Assembly: GCA_903893865.1 (NCBI GenBank)
Contig: CAITNU010000066.1
Span: 1,094-25,093 of the forward strand
Direction of reading: 5' to 3'
DNA from: an uncultured Candidatus Micrarchaeota archaeon
GTDB taxonomy: Archaea; Micrarchaeota; Micrarchaeia; Norongarragalinales; Norongarragalinaceae
DNA: 24,000 bases
Made by a program: the position numbers and the translations under genes. Below the pieces are notes generated by a model. That model was given only the letters and a program-made list of their open reading frames with translations, was not told the origin of the DNA and did no database searches. Of the stretch, positions 8,004 through 15,356 are shown in pieces. Within the stretch, counting starts at the first letter, position 1; each line of letters begins with the position of its first letter.

Positions 8004-8975
8004 TTGCTTTTAATTCAAACGCGCGCTACTTTTCCTATGCCTGAATCATTAGCCGGTTTAGCTTCGCTCGCGGTTCTCGCGCTCGCCTCGATTGCGGCGG
8101 CGCACCACGACTACCGCTCACGACGCATTCCCAACGCCATTCCTTGGCTCGCGCTCGCCTTCAGCCTCGCTTTCGCGCTGCTCGCTCGCGCGCCGCCGTT
8201 GTATTACGCGCTCGTTCTCGTCGCGTTCGCCTTCGCGCTATTGCTTTATTTCGTCGGCGCTTGGGCCGGGGGGGACGCAAAATTCTTTACCGCGTGCCTT
8301 GCGCTGCTTGCGCTCGCGCGATTCCCAACGCAAATCGCGGACGTGCTTTTGCTGCCTGCAGGCGTTTTCTTGCTCGCCGCGGCGCTTACGGCGCCTTTCG
8401 CGTTGTTTGCGAGGCGCGAGCGCGCGTGGCGAGAACGCCGCGTGCTCGCGGGCGCGTTTGTTGCGAGCGTGAAAGACGCTGTTGGCGGCGCGTTGCTTGC
8501 GGGCTTGGTGCACGCGCTCGGCGTAATCGCGTTTTCTTGGAGCCTTGACGGAATCGTTTCTTCGCTTGCTGCGGGGGCGGCAGGCGTTTTCGCTGCGTCG
8601 TTCGTGTTGCGCGCCGCGTTTTTCGCAGCGGGGCTCTTAAAAGAAAAAATTCCTTTGCAGCAAGTGCGCGAAGGAATCGTGCCGGCGCAAACTCTTTACT
8701 TGGACTCGAACGACGCGCTTCGCTCGTGGGGTTGGCGGGACTCGCTTCGTTCGGCACTGCACGGCGGAAAATCAAGTTTTAAGCCTCGCGGCAGGGTTTT
8801 GTGCGACGCGCGGCGCGCAGCGGGACTCACGGCGCTCGAAGCGCGGGAACTGAAAAAGGTTTTAAAGTCGCGCGGCGTTGGATTCTTGCTCGCGGCAGAT
8901 GCGCTGCCTTTCGCGCCGCAAGTCGGCGCAGCGGCTTTCGCGCTCGCGCTACTGCGTTTCGTTTCGCTGGTTTGA
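8004..8975 (+). CDS. Archaeal type IV prepilin/preflagellin peptidase (A24 aspartic peptidase; FlaK/PibD/EppA-like)
   Basis: The first catalytic Asp context is HHDYRSRRIPNAIPW, after TM1. The second catalytic Asp lies in GAWAGGDAKFF (GxGD type). The C-terminal LPFAPQVGAAAFALALL corresponds to the PFGP-type last helix. The protein is polytopic and Ala/Leu rich. An alternative start is ATG 8037. Confidence 0.85.
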   Translation: MLLIQTRATFPMPESLAGLASLAVLALASIAAAHHDYRSRRIPNAIPWLALAFSLAFALLARAPPLYYALVLVAFAFALLLYFVGAWAGGDAKFFTACLALLALARFPTQIADVLLLPAGVFLLAAALTAPFALFARRERAWRERRVLAGAFVASVKDAVGGALLAGLVHALGVIAFSWSLDGIVSSLAAGAAGVFAASFVLRAAFFAAGLLKEKIPLQQVREGIVPAQTLYLDSNDALRSWGWRDSLRSALHGGKSSFKPRGRVLCDARRAAGLTALEARELKKVLKSRGVGFLLAADALPFAPQVGAAAFALALLRFVSLV

Positions 8976-9025
8976 CGGTTTTTTCGATTTCAGTTTGGTT
9001 TCTTGATTTCGCGCGGGGGATAAAC

Positions 9026-9544
9026 TTGATTTTTTCGAGCGATGCAAAAAGAAAAGCGCAGTTGAGCGTCGAATTCTTTCTCGTCCTGTCGATAATAATC
9101 GCGTTCAGCATGATTTTGTACAACATTTCGCGAAACGAAGTCGCGAGAACAAAAGCGCTCGACGCGGCAGTGATTTCGAAAAGCTCGCTCGACTCGCTCA
9201 CGCAAGCGACCGATTTCGCGGCGTTGAGCGGCAACGGAAGCGCGTTGAACTTAAGCGTCTTCGTTCCGCCGGGAGCGTATTGTTTTTACTACAATACTAC
9301 GCGCAAAGCGTACTTTTGCATCATCGCGAACGTAACCCCGACAACTGCGGGGCAGGTCGGGCAACAATCGTCGGACCAGCAAATGCTTTACATCTACGGC
9401 GCACGCTCGGCTTCAACGCTCCCGAAAAACTTCGATACGCTTTGCGCTAGCACCATCCAGCAAGGCGGGTTGAGCGCGGGTTGGTGGGAGTTGCGCGCGC
9501 AAAGCAACGGCGATTACGTCAACGTCTCGTGCGCGCGCAGGTGA
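9026..9544 (+). CDS. Pilin-like protein with class III signal peptide
   Basis: The track ORF 8801..9544 overlaps the peptidase gene. The in-frame TTG 9026 is preceded by GGGGGA (9015-9020) and gives MIFSSDAKRKA|QLSVEFFLVLSIIIAFSMIL. The mature part has several N-x-S/T sequons and 4 Cys. Confidence 0.7.
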   Translation: MIFSSDAKRKAQLSVEFFLVLSIIIAFSMILYNISRNEVARTKALDAAVISKSSLDSLTQATDFAALSGNGSALNLSVFVPPGAYCFYYNTTRKAYFCIIANVTPTTAGQVGQQSSDQQMLYIYGARSASTLPKNFDTLCASTIQQGGLSAGWWELRAQSNGDYVNVSCARR

Positions 9545-9610
9545 ACAACGCGCCGCGAAAGCGCATGCGAGGCGTAAAATCGTTCAATCGTTTTCAAAAG
9601 GTGTTTTTCG

Positions 9611-10018
9611 TTGGTTTCGTTTTCCCGCGGCCAAGCAAGCATGGAATACGTTTTCATTCTATCCCTCGTTTTAGGCTTCGTTGTGGCGTTGATGATTACA
9701 GGCATACGCGAAAGCGAGTTGAACATGGCTACGGGCTCCGCCCGTGCTGCAGCCGTTTACTGGACTGCAGGCAATTCGTCGTTTTACTTGACTTCGCTTA
9801 ACCACATTCAATCTTGGCGCAGCGTCAACTTTTCGCCCGTGATTTACTCGTGGGCGGGCGGCACAAACAATGGAAGACTCCAACCGCTTCCAAGCGATTT
9901 GAAAAAGCAGATGATAACCGCGGTGCAAAAAACAGTGGCGCCCCTCGCGCCTACGCCGGCAACGTATTGTTTTCAATCAACTAATTTCGATTACTGCATC
10001 GTCGACTCGATACCGTGA
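9611..10018 (+). CDS. Pilin-like protein with class III signal peptide
   Basis: MVSFSRG|QASMEYVFILSLVLGFVVALMI. An AAGGTG SD at 9598-9603 lies 7 nt before TTG 9611. Confidence 0.75.
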   Translation: MVSFSRGQASMEYVFILSLVLGFVVALMITGIRESELNMATGSARAAAVYWTAGNSSFYLTSLNHIQSWRSVNFSPVIYSWAGGTNNGRLQPLPSDLKKQMITAVQKTVAPLAPTPATYCFQSTNFDYCIVDSIP

Positions 10019-10087
10019 AAAAACGCTGAAAAAAATCTGAACACGCCTAACACTCGAAAAACGAACGCTCGAAAATCGCTGAGAGGA

Positions 10088-10714
10088 TTGCCGCGCTTGC
10101 CAACGAAACAATTGAAAGCGAAAGCAAAACCGAACCACTTCAACAACGCTGCGGCGGCGCCGCAGCGCTTGCAACAGCTCCTGCAGGTTTTGCTTTTAAT
10201 CATGCTCGCATCCAGCGTGGCGCTCTCTTTTTCCGCGCCAGCTGCGGCGTGGCTCGCGCTCGCGATTTTCGCAATCGCCGCGTTCGCCGTCGCTTTGCGC
10301 TTGCCTGAAAGCGAACGCCGCGCAGGCCTCGCGCTCGCCGTCTTGCTTTTCGCTTTGTCCGCATTCTTCGTTTTCTTCGCCTCGCTCGGCGGCGAACTCT
10401 ACCAAAAAATTTTTCTCGTTCCGCTTTTCATCGCCGTTTTTCTCGCATTCTTCATCGCTGCTCGCCGCTTTCTCTTCTCCGCGCCAGCCAAAGCGCGCGT
10501 GCTCGCTTGCACTAAAAACTGGGTTGTAGTGCGCGTTGAACGCGGTTCGCTCGCGAGCGAAGCCGCGCCCGGAGTCTACGCAGCTCGCTGCGCAGAGCGC
10601 CGCGCGGGCAACGCGCGCAGTCTCAAGGAAGACGATTTGGTTCTCGTGCGGTTTCAAGCGAAAGGCTTGCTCGGACGACTCGGCGTTGGCGAACGCGAGG
10701 CGGTAATCGATTGA
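10088..10714 (+). CDS. Hypothetical membrane protein (about 4 TM helices plus a ~75 aa C-terminal beta-rich soluble domain)
   Basis: Hydrophobic segments include AAWLALAIFAIAAFAVAL, LALAVLLFALSAFFVFFASL and IFLVPLFIAVFLAFFIAA. The C-terminal region is KARVLACTKNWVVVRVERGSL...DDLVLVRFQAKG (OB/NfeD-like pattern, tentative). The start is uncertain (TTG 10088 or ATG 10202). The stop overlaps the next start (TTGA). Confidence 0.5.
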   Translation: MPRLPTKQLKAKAKPNHFNNAAAAPQRLQQLLQVLLLIMLASSVALSFSAPAAAWLALAIFAIAAFAVALRLPESERRAGLALAVLLFALSAFFVFFASLGGELYQKIFLVPLFIAVFLAFFIAARRFLFSAPAKARVLACTKNWVVVRVERGSLASEAAPGVYAARCAERRAGNARSLKEDDLVLVRFQAKGLLGRLGVGEREAVID

Positions 10715-11154
10715 ACCCCGCCAAAAATCAAGAACAAAAAAATCCGTTAAACGCCGCGAACCACCAACAACGGTTAGCGTTGTTTTGCGCCGCGCTATCG
10801 CTCGCGTGCCTAGCCGCAATCGCGTTATTCGTTCGCTCGACTCCGCCCATCGAAAGCGACGTCGCTCTTCTCAGCTCGCAGGACGAAGGCTCCTTCATCG
10901 CAGCAACAGGCAAACTCGCGGCGCCGCGTTACAGCGCGAGCAGCGGAAGCTTCAGCGGAATGCTCTGCCAAAGCGCCTGCATTTCCTTCTTCATCTCGCC
11001 GCAACTCGCTAACGAAATAACGAGCTCGAGAATCGATTTGCGAACACTGCGCTCCGGCGCGAGACTCCGAGTCGAAGGCATTTTACGCGAAGACGCGCGC
11101 GGACTGGAAATCGAAGTTGAAACGCCGAACGGACTCGAACTGCTATCGAGCTAA
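10711..11154 (+). CDS. Hypothetical N-terminally TM-anchored protein with OB-fold-like domain
   Basis: A TM helix LALFCAALSLACLAAIALFV follows a polar N-terminus. Next comes GSFIAATGKLAAPRYSASSGSFSGMLCQSACISFFI...LRSGARLRVEGILREDARGLEIEV, an alternating beta pattern typical of OB-fold barrels (tentative). The TTG start overlaps the previous stop by 4 nt. Confidence 0.5.
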   Translation: MNPAKNQEQKNPLNAANHQQRLALFCAALSLACLAAIALFVRSTPPIESDVALLSSQDEGSFIAATGKLAAPRYSASSGSFSGMLCQSACISFFISPQLANEITSSRIDLRTLRSGARLRVEGILREDARGLEIEVETPNGLELLSS

Positions 11155-11184
11155 CGCGTTCCGAACTAGCGCGTTCCGAGTTGA

Positions 11185-12522
11185 TTGTTTTTGGATTTCT
11201 TTGCAGTTCTTTTCGCTTTCTTCTCGGGCTTCGCCGCGGGCGTTTCCGGCGCGCTTCCGTTCGTGCACACGAACAACGTTCTAGCCGCGTTCGCATCCAT
11301 CGATTTTGGTGCGTTCAGCACGCCGATCGCAGCAAGCGTATTCGCAGTCGCGCTATCGTTTTCGCACCTCGCGTTCGAAACGATTCCCGCGCTGTTTCTC
11401 GCGCTGCCCGCTCAAAACCAGTCAGTTGTCGCGTTGCCAGCGCAGCGACTCGTCCTGCAAGGCCGCGCAGAACACGCGCTTTTTCTGATAAGCCGCTCGC
11501 TCTTCCTCGCGCTCCTCGCGAGCTTGTGCCTCGCGCCCCTAGCGCTTTTCGCGCTGCCAACGCTTTTCGCAGCAGCGAAACCGTTTTCCGCGCTAGCGTT
11601 GATTGCGATAGTCGCGCTCGCGGTAGCGCGCGAGCGGGGCGGCGAGCACGATGCGCGCGATGGGAGCGAAACGCTTGCTGGACGCGCCGAGCGCGCCGGG
11701 CTAGCGAGACGTGCGAAGCGCGTCGCGCTCGCAATCGGCGTTTTCGTTTTAAGCGGCGCGGTTGGCTTCGCGGCGCTAACGCTGCCCGTCTGCCGTCAGC
11801 CGTTGTTTCCGCTGCTTGCCGGACTTTTCGGCGTGCCTGCAGTGCTTTTTTCTTTCGGCGCGAAACCGGAGAAACTAAAAACCGAAGTGGATGACGGCGG
11901 AAACGCGTTTTCGTTGCAGGCGGCCAAGCCCGTTGATTGGCGGCTCGTGCTCGCGGGCGTTCTAGTCGGCGCGTTGAGCGTGCTTTTCCCCGCGCTCAGC
12001 CCCGCGTTGTTGTGCGGCGCGATCTTCTTTTTCCTCGAGTCCGACGCGGAAGCGTTTCTCGAAGCCAGCAGCGCGCTCGTTGCAGCAAAAATGTTTTTCG
12101 ATTTCGCGGGCGTGTTCGCAATAGGCAAAGCGCGTTCGGGCGCGGCCGCGTTCGCGCTCGAAGCGTTCGCTTCGCAACGCGCTGCGGCGTCGCTCGCGGA
12201 CTACGCGCTCGTTTGCGTCGCAGCGCTCGCCGCGCTCGCGCTCGGACTCGCGCTGCTGTTGGCGTTGCGCAAGCGCTTCGCCGCGTTTTTCCTGCGCGTT
12301 TCCGGAAACGCTTTTTCCGCTTCGCTCTTGGTTTTAGTAGCGCTCGGCTCGCTTGCGTTTTCCGGTTGGGGCGGACTCCTCGTTCTCGCTGCGGCAGGCG
12401 CAGCCGGCTGCGTCGCGCCGTTGCTTGGATTGAAGCGGAGTTACGCTATGGGCGCGTTGTTCGTTCCGTCGATTTTGTTCTCTCTCGGCGCCACGGGCGG
12501 CGTTGCGCAGTTGTTTTATTAA
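11185..12522 (+). CDS. Polytopic membrane protein, TctA/DUF112-like (tentative)
   Basis: 445 aa, about 10-12 TM helices. The N-terminal GFAAGVSGALPFVHTNNVLAAF resembles the G..G..PG(I/V)H.N motif of archaeal DUF112/TctA-family proteins. A second-half echo LAGVLVGALSVLFPALSPALL suggests an internal repeat. It is not T2SSF/FlaJ-like, having no ~100 aa helical cytoplasmic domains. Confidence 0.5.
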   Translation: MFLDFFAVLFAFFSGFAAGVSGALPFVHTNNVLAAFASIDFGAFSTPIAASVFAVALSFSHLAFETIPALFLALPAQNQSVVALPAQRLVLQGRAEHALFLISRSLFLALLASLCLAPLALFALPTLFAAAKPFSALALIAIVALAVARERGGEHDARDGSETLAGRAERAGLARRAKRVALAIGVFVLSGAVGFAALTLPVCRQPLFPLLAGLFGVPAVLFSFGAKPEKLKTEVDDGGNAFSLQAAKPVDWRLVLAGVLVGALSVLFPALSPALLCGAIFFFLESDAEAFLEASSALVAAKMFFDFAGVFAIGKARSGAAAFALEAFASQRAAASLADYALVCVAALAALALGLALLLALRKRFAAFFLRVSGNAFSASLLVLVALGSLAFSGWGGLLVLAAAGAAGCVAPLLGLKRSYAMGALFVPSILFSLGATGGVAQLFY

Positions 12523-12569
12523 TCAGCGCGGTAACGCAGTAGGCGGTTTTACGCAATAGGCGATTCTGC

Positions 12570-13055
12570 TTGACTGAATTGACGAAAGAAAAAAATGGGA
12601 AACACAAGGCTCAGGTTTCCGTCGAACTCTTCCTAGGCATGACGTTCTTCCTGTTAGTGCTTTACTGGATGAACCACTTCGTCGCGACTCAACGCGACGC
12701 AAGCACCACGCTCGTCGACCAGGAAAAACTCGTTGCCGCCTCGCTCGCGCAAATAGCGAACTCGGTTTGCGCGTCGAACACTTCCGTTGATTACGTTCTG
12801 CCTTGCATTTACCTTGAAGGACGCGACGTGAATTACTCGCTTGGCGCGGGCGGCGATAACGTCATTCGCATTATTCCCGAACGGGCGGGCGCGCTTTCGG
12901 CGCAGCAGGCCGCGTTATGCAATTTTTCTGCTGTAGCCGTGAAGGCGCGCTGCGTGACCGCAAACGGCGAAAAAAATGCGGGAATTGTTTGCGTGAACGC
13001 TTCCTCAGAAGGAGGCGTCCGGCGCGTTGGCGTTTCAAGCGGAGAGTGCGAATAA
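12570..13055 (+). CDS. Pilin-like protein with class III signal peptide
   Basis: MTELTKEKNGKHKA|QVSVELFLGMTFFLLVLYWM. The mature domain has 7 Cys. It is the first of four translationally coupled genes. Confidence 0.7.
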   Translation: MTELTKEKNGKHKAQVSVELFLGMTFFLLVLYWMNHFVATQRDASTTLVDQEKLVAASLAQIANSVCASNTSVDYVLPCIYLEGRDVNYSLGAGGDNVIRIIPERAGALSAQQAALCNFSAVAVKARCVTANGEKNAGIVCVNASSEGGVRRVGVSSGECE

Positions 13056-13492
13056 TGGTTTTACGACAAACGGAAAGACGAAACGAAAAGCGCGGGGCCG
13101 CTCGGCGGGCGCAGTTGTTGAGCGTTGATTTTCTCGTCGCAGTCTCGATTCTCGCGGTGTGCGTGGGCGCGATTATGCAGTTCAACGAATTCTCGCATTC
13201 GCGCGCCGAACTCGCGGCGTTTCTCGCGAACAACAAGGCGGAATCGATAGCCGCACTCATTCACGATGAAGGTTTTCAAGCGGTTCCGCCAAACACTGAA
13301 TACTGCGCCCGCCACGTGTTTTTAGAAGGCGGCGTGCAGCAAATCCAGGAAGTATTTGGCGATTGCTCCGGTTTTTCTTGCAGCAGCCGCGGTGTTTTCT
13401 CCGCGAGACGCCTCGAATCCTGCGTTCCTTCGCCTACCGCAACGCCAGTGCCTTCGCCCGTCGCATGCGTTTTGGAGGTTAGAGCTTGTTAA
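13055..13492 (+). CDS. Pilin-like protein (variant class III signal peptide)
   Basis: ATG 13055 overlaps the preceding TAA (TAATG). The product begins MVLRQTERRNEKRGAARRA|QLLSVDFLVAVSILAVCVGAI. The track ORF 12917.. is a 5' over-extension into the previous gene. Confidence 0.6.
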   Translation: MVLRQTERRNEKRGAARRAQLLSVDFLVAVSILAVCVGAIMQFNEFSHSRAELAAFLANNKAESIAALIHDEGFQAVPPNTEYCARHVFLEGGVQQIQEVFGDCSGFSCSSRGVFSARRLESCVPSPTATPVPSPVACVLEVRAC

Positions 13493-13929
13493 CGCCGCTG
13501 AAGCGATTTGCAATCAAGCGCAGTCGCGCGTTCATCTTCACTATCGACGCGCTTTTCGCTCTCGCGCTCGTTTCAACGCTCGTCACGCTGTTCGCTTTCG
13601 CTTACCTCCCGCCCGCCAGAAACGAAAAATTTTTCGAGCTCGAACAACTCGGCTTCGACTCGCTCGCGCTCGAATACAACGAAACGAATTCAGTACAGCT
13701 CAGCAACGCTGAATTCTTTGCTTTGACTAGATTTCAACGCTTCGGCAACGCGAGCGACGCGGAAAACGCGGGCGCGAACACCATCGCGAGAGCGCGGTTT
13801 TACCACTACCCGTCGTTGTGCAATTGCGAGGCGTTTCCCTGTATTACGTCACGGGACGACGGAAACCTATCTGCCAGCGATCTCGGTTCTAGCAACGAAA
13901 ACTATTCTGAAGTTTGGGTGACGCCCTAA
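13486..13929 (+). CDS. Pilin-like protein (RA|F-type class III signal peptide)
   Basis: MLTPLKRFAIKRSRA|FIFTIDALFALALVSTLVTLFAF. The TTG start overlaps the previous gene by 7 nt. Confidence 0.6.
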   Translation: MLTPLKRFAIKRSRAFIFTIDALFALALVSTLVTLFAFAYLPPARNEKFFELEQLGFDSLALEYNETNSVQLSNAEFFALTRFQRFGNASDAENAGANTIARARFYHYPSLCNCEAFPCITSRDDGNLSASDLGSSNENYSEVWVTP

Positions 13930-14496
13930 ATGTTTTCAAAAATTTCTTTTCCAAAAACGTTTTCGCGCAAACGCGCGTTCACGTCAACGCTAATCGCGGT
14001 CCTCGCAATCGTCTTCATCAGCGGCATCGCGGCGGTGCTAATCGCTTCGTCGGCCCAGCAGCGCGCGCTCCTCTCGTCCTTCGAATCGCGCAAAGTAGCC
14101 AACCACTTCGCAAACTCGGTTTCGTTCCTCAACGCTTCCTTCCGCGACGCTTTGCTCGACTACGAATTCGCGAGCACGGGGTGCGGTGGCTCAGGAGCGC
14201 CGAACTTTGAGGATTTAAGCGACGGCTATCTGTCGGCGGCGGCGCGCGAACTCAATTCAAGCGGGGTATACACGAGCTACTCGAATCTGGTCACTCAAAC
14301 TAGCGAACCTGATGAAGTAATGCCGGGGTTCGATGAGGCATTCGTCACTAATGCGACGTTCGACTTATTCGTCAATTATGGCAGTGCAAGAAAAAACGAG
14401 TCCGTCTTCCTCGAACAAAGAATAGACGTGAACAACACGGGCGCAGGCGAGTGGACGGCGAACGTCAGCGGATTCGAAATAACGGTTACGTGCTAA
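13930..14496 (+). CDS. Pilin-like protein (RA|F-type class III signal peptide)
   Basis: MFSKISFPKTFSRKRA|FTSTLIAVLAIVFISGIAAVLIA. The ATG immediately follows the previous stop (TAAATG). Confidence 0.6.
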   Translation: MFSKISFPKTFSRKRAFTSTLIAVLAIVFISGIAAVLIASSAQQRALLSSFESRKVANHFANSVSFLNASFRDALLDYEFASTGCGGSGAPNFEDLSDGYLSAAARELNSSGVYTSYSNLVTQTSEPDEVMPGFDEAFVTNATFDLFVNYGSARKNESVFLEQRIDVNNTGAGEWTANVSGFEITVTC

Positions 14497-14704
14497 TGCG
14501 TTTTATTGCGCCGAACCCCACGTTTTCGCGTTTCCTTTTCTGCAGCGCGGTTTCGGAATCGTTTGGAAGCGCGGGCTTGGGAATCGCTTTTAAATGAGCG
14601 TGCGCTTAAAATTTAAGGGTTAAAACGGAAGCACGCCTAAGTAAACTAAAGGTGTTTTTACGGACTCGTTCAAATCGGTTGTCGCGCTTGCGGGCTTAAT
14701 AGTC

Positions 14705-15256
14705 GTGCTAATGCTCGCCTACTCGATCCTGCCAAAACCAGAAACGAAAACAACCAGCAACGACGCCTACACGCTGTTGTTGAACGACTTGGCGCAGCAA
14801 GGCATCGCTCGAGACGAGATTCAAATCTTCAACTTTACTGGCAGCGGCGGCGTGTGGACTACGGACGTAATCGTAACGCGCGCGCCGCACTCGAAATGCC
14901 CGACTTCTGAAAAACGCTCTTACTCCGACGTTCTTTCGTTCAAGTACCGGCCAGAACAATTAATCAAAGACTGTGCCGAGCGCTCGCCGATTGTGCTGCG
15001 CGAAGAAGCGATAATCGATTCGGGCGTTATCCCGCAAACAGCCGGCGCGGATTACGCGTGCGCTTTCTCCGCCGAGGAAATCGCGCACTACGACAACGAC
15101 GAGGCGCTCGCTTACTGCCCGCTAGTTTCGTCCGCCGACCTCTTGTCTTTCGCCCAAGACGTTCCAACCGGGTCGTGGGCAATCCAGTGGAACAAGAACG
15201 ACGCGACGATTTTCGTCGCCTTGGATGCGTACGGAAACGTGCTGAAAACATCTTAA
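14705..15256 (+). CDS. Hypothetical N-terminally anchored extracytoplasmic protein
   Basis: 183 aa from GVG-free canonical start GTG 14705. The hydrophobic helix continues upstream of this start in the same frame (..FKSVVALAGLIVVLMLAYSIL), so the real start may be non-canonical near 14660 (see findings). I recognise no family. Confidence 0.5.
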   Translation: MLMLAYSILPKPETKTTSNDAYTLLLNDLAQQGIARDEIQIFNFTGSGGVWTTDVIVTRAPHSKCPTSEKRSYSDVLSFKYRPEQLIKDCAERSPIVLREEAIIDSGVIPQTAGADYACAFSAEEIAHYDNDEALAYCPLVSSADLLSFAQDVPTGSWAIQWNKNDATIFVALDAYGNVLKTS

Positions 15257-15327
15257 CCGCTTGCCAGCTCGCCATCAATTCTCCAAAACGTTTTACTCAG
15301 CCGCGCCGCCGTGTCCAAGCAACCGAC

Positions 15328-15339
15328 TTTTTAATTTAA
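15328..15339 (+). promoter_or_regulatory. TATA-like box upstream of RuBisCO
   Basis: TTTTTAATTTAA is centred about 25-33 nt upstream of GTG 15357 / ATG 15366. This spacing fits a leaderless or near-leaderless archaeal transcript. Confidence 0.35.
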
Positions 15340-15356
15340 CTTGCGTAGGCTAAACA

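Noticed and set aside
8092-8775. Arg-rich ORFs on both strands inside the peptidase gene (8092..8472, 8144..8548, 8238..8513, 8386..8775).
   Set aside because: These are off-frame or antisense readings of a GC-rich Ala/Leu membrane-protein gene, and none shows a motif.
10148-10166. A perfect palindrome GCTGCGGCG-g-CGCCGCAGC.
   Set aside because: It lies in the possible 5' coding part of ORF 10088 (encoding AAAAPQ) and has no adjacent T-tract. A 1-nt loop makes a poor hairpin. It could arise by chance from Ala/Pro codons in GC-rich DNA.
11155-11179. The direct repeat CGCGTTCCGA occurs twice (11155-11164 and 11170-11179), between the OB-like gene and the TctA-like gene.
   Set aside because: Only two 10-nt copies exist in a 30-nt spacer. 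This is too little evidence to call a regulatory site, and it may be a small slippage duplication.
11181-12542. ORFs 11181..11894, 11937..12542, 11315..11734(-), 11796..12128(-) and 11962..12177(-).
   Set aside because: Their translations are extremely Arg-rich. The alternative frame (11185..12522) gives a coherent polytopic membrane protein.
14496-14597. A 33-aa small ORF (MRFIAPNPTFSRFLFCSAVSESFGSAGLGIAFK) whose ATG overlaps the stop of the last pilin-like gene as TAATG. This is the same coupling geometry seen at 13053-13057.
   Set aside because: It has no signal peptide, TM helix or SD, and nothing recognisable. It is too short to support from sequence alone. I mention it only because of the coupling geometry.
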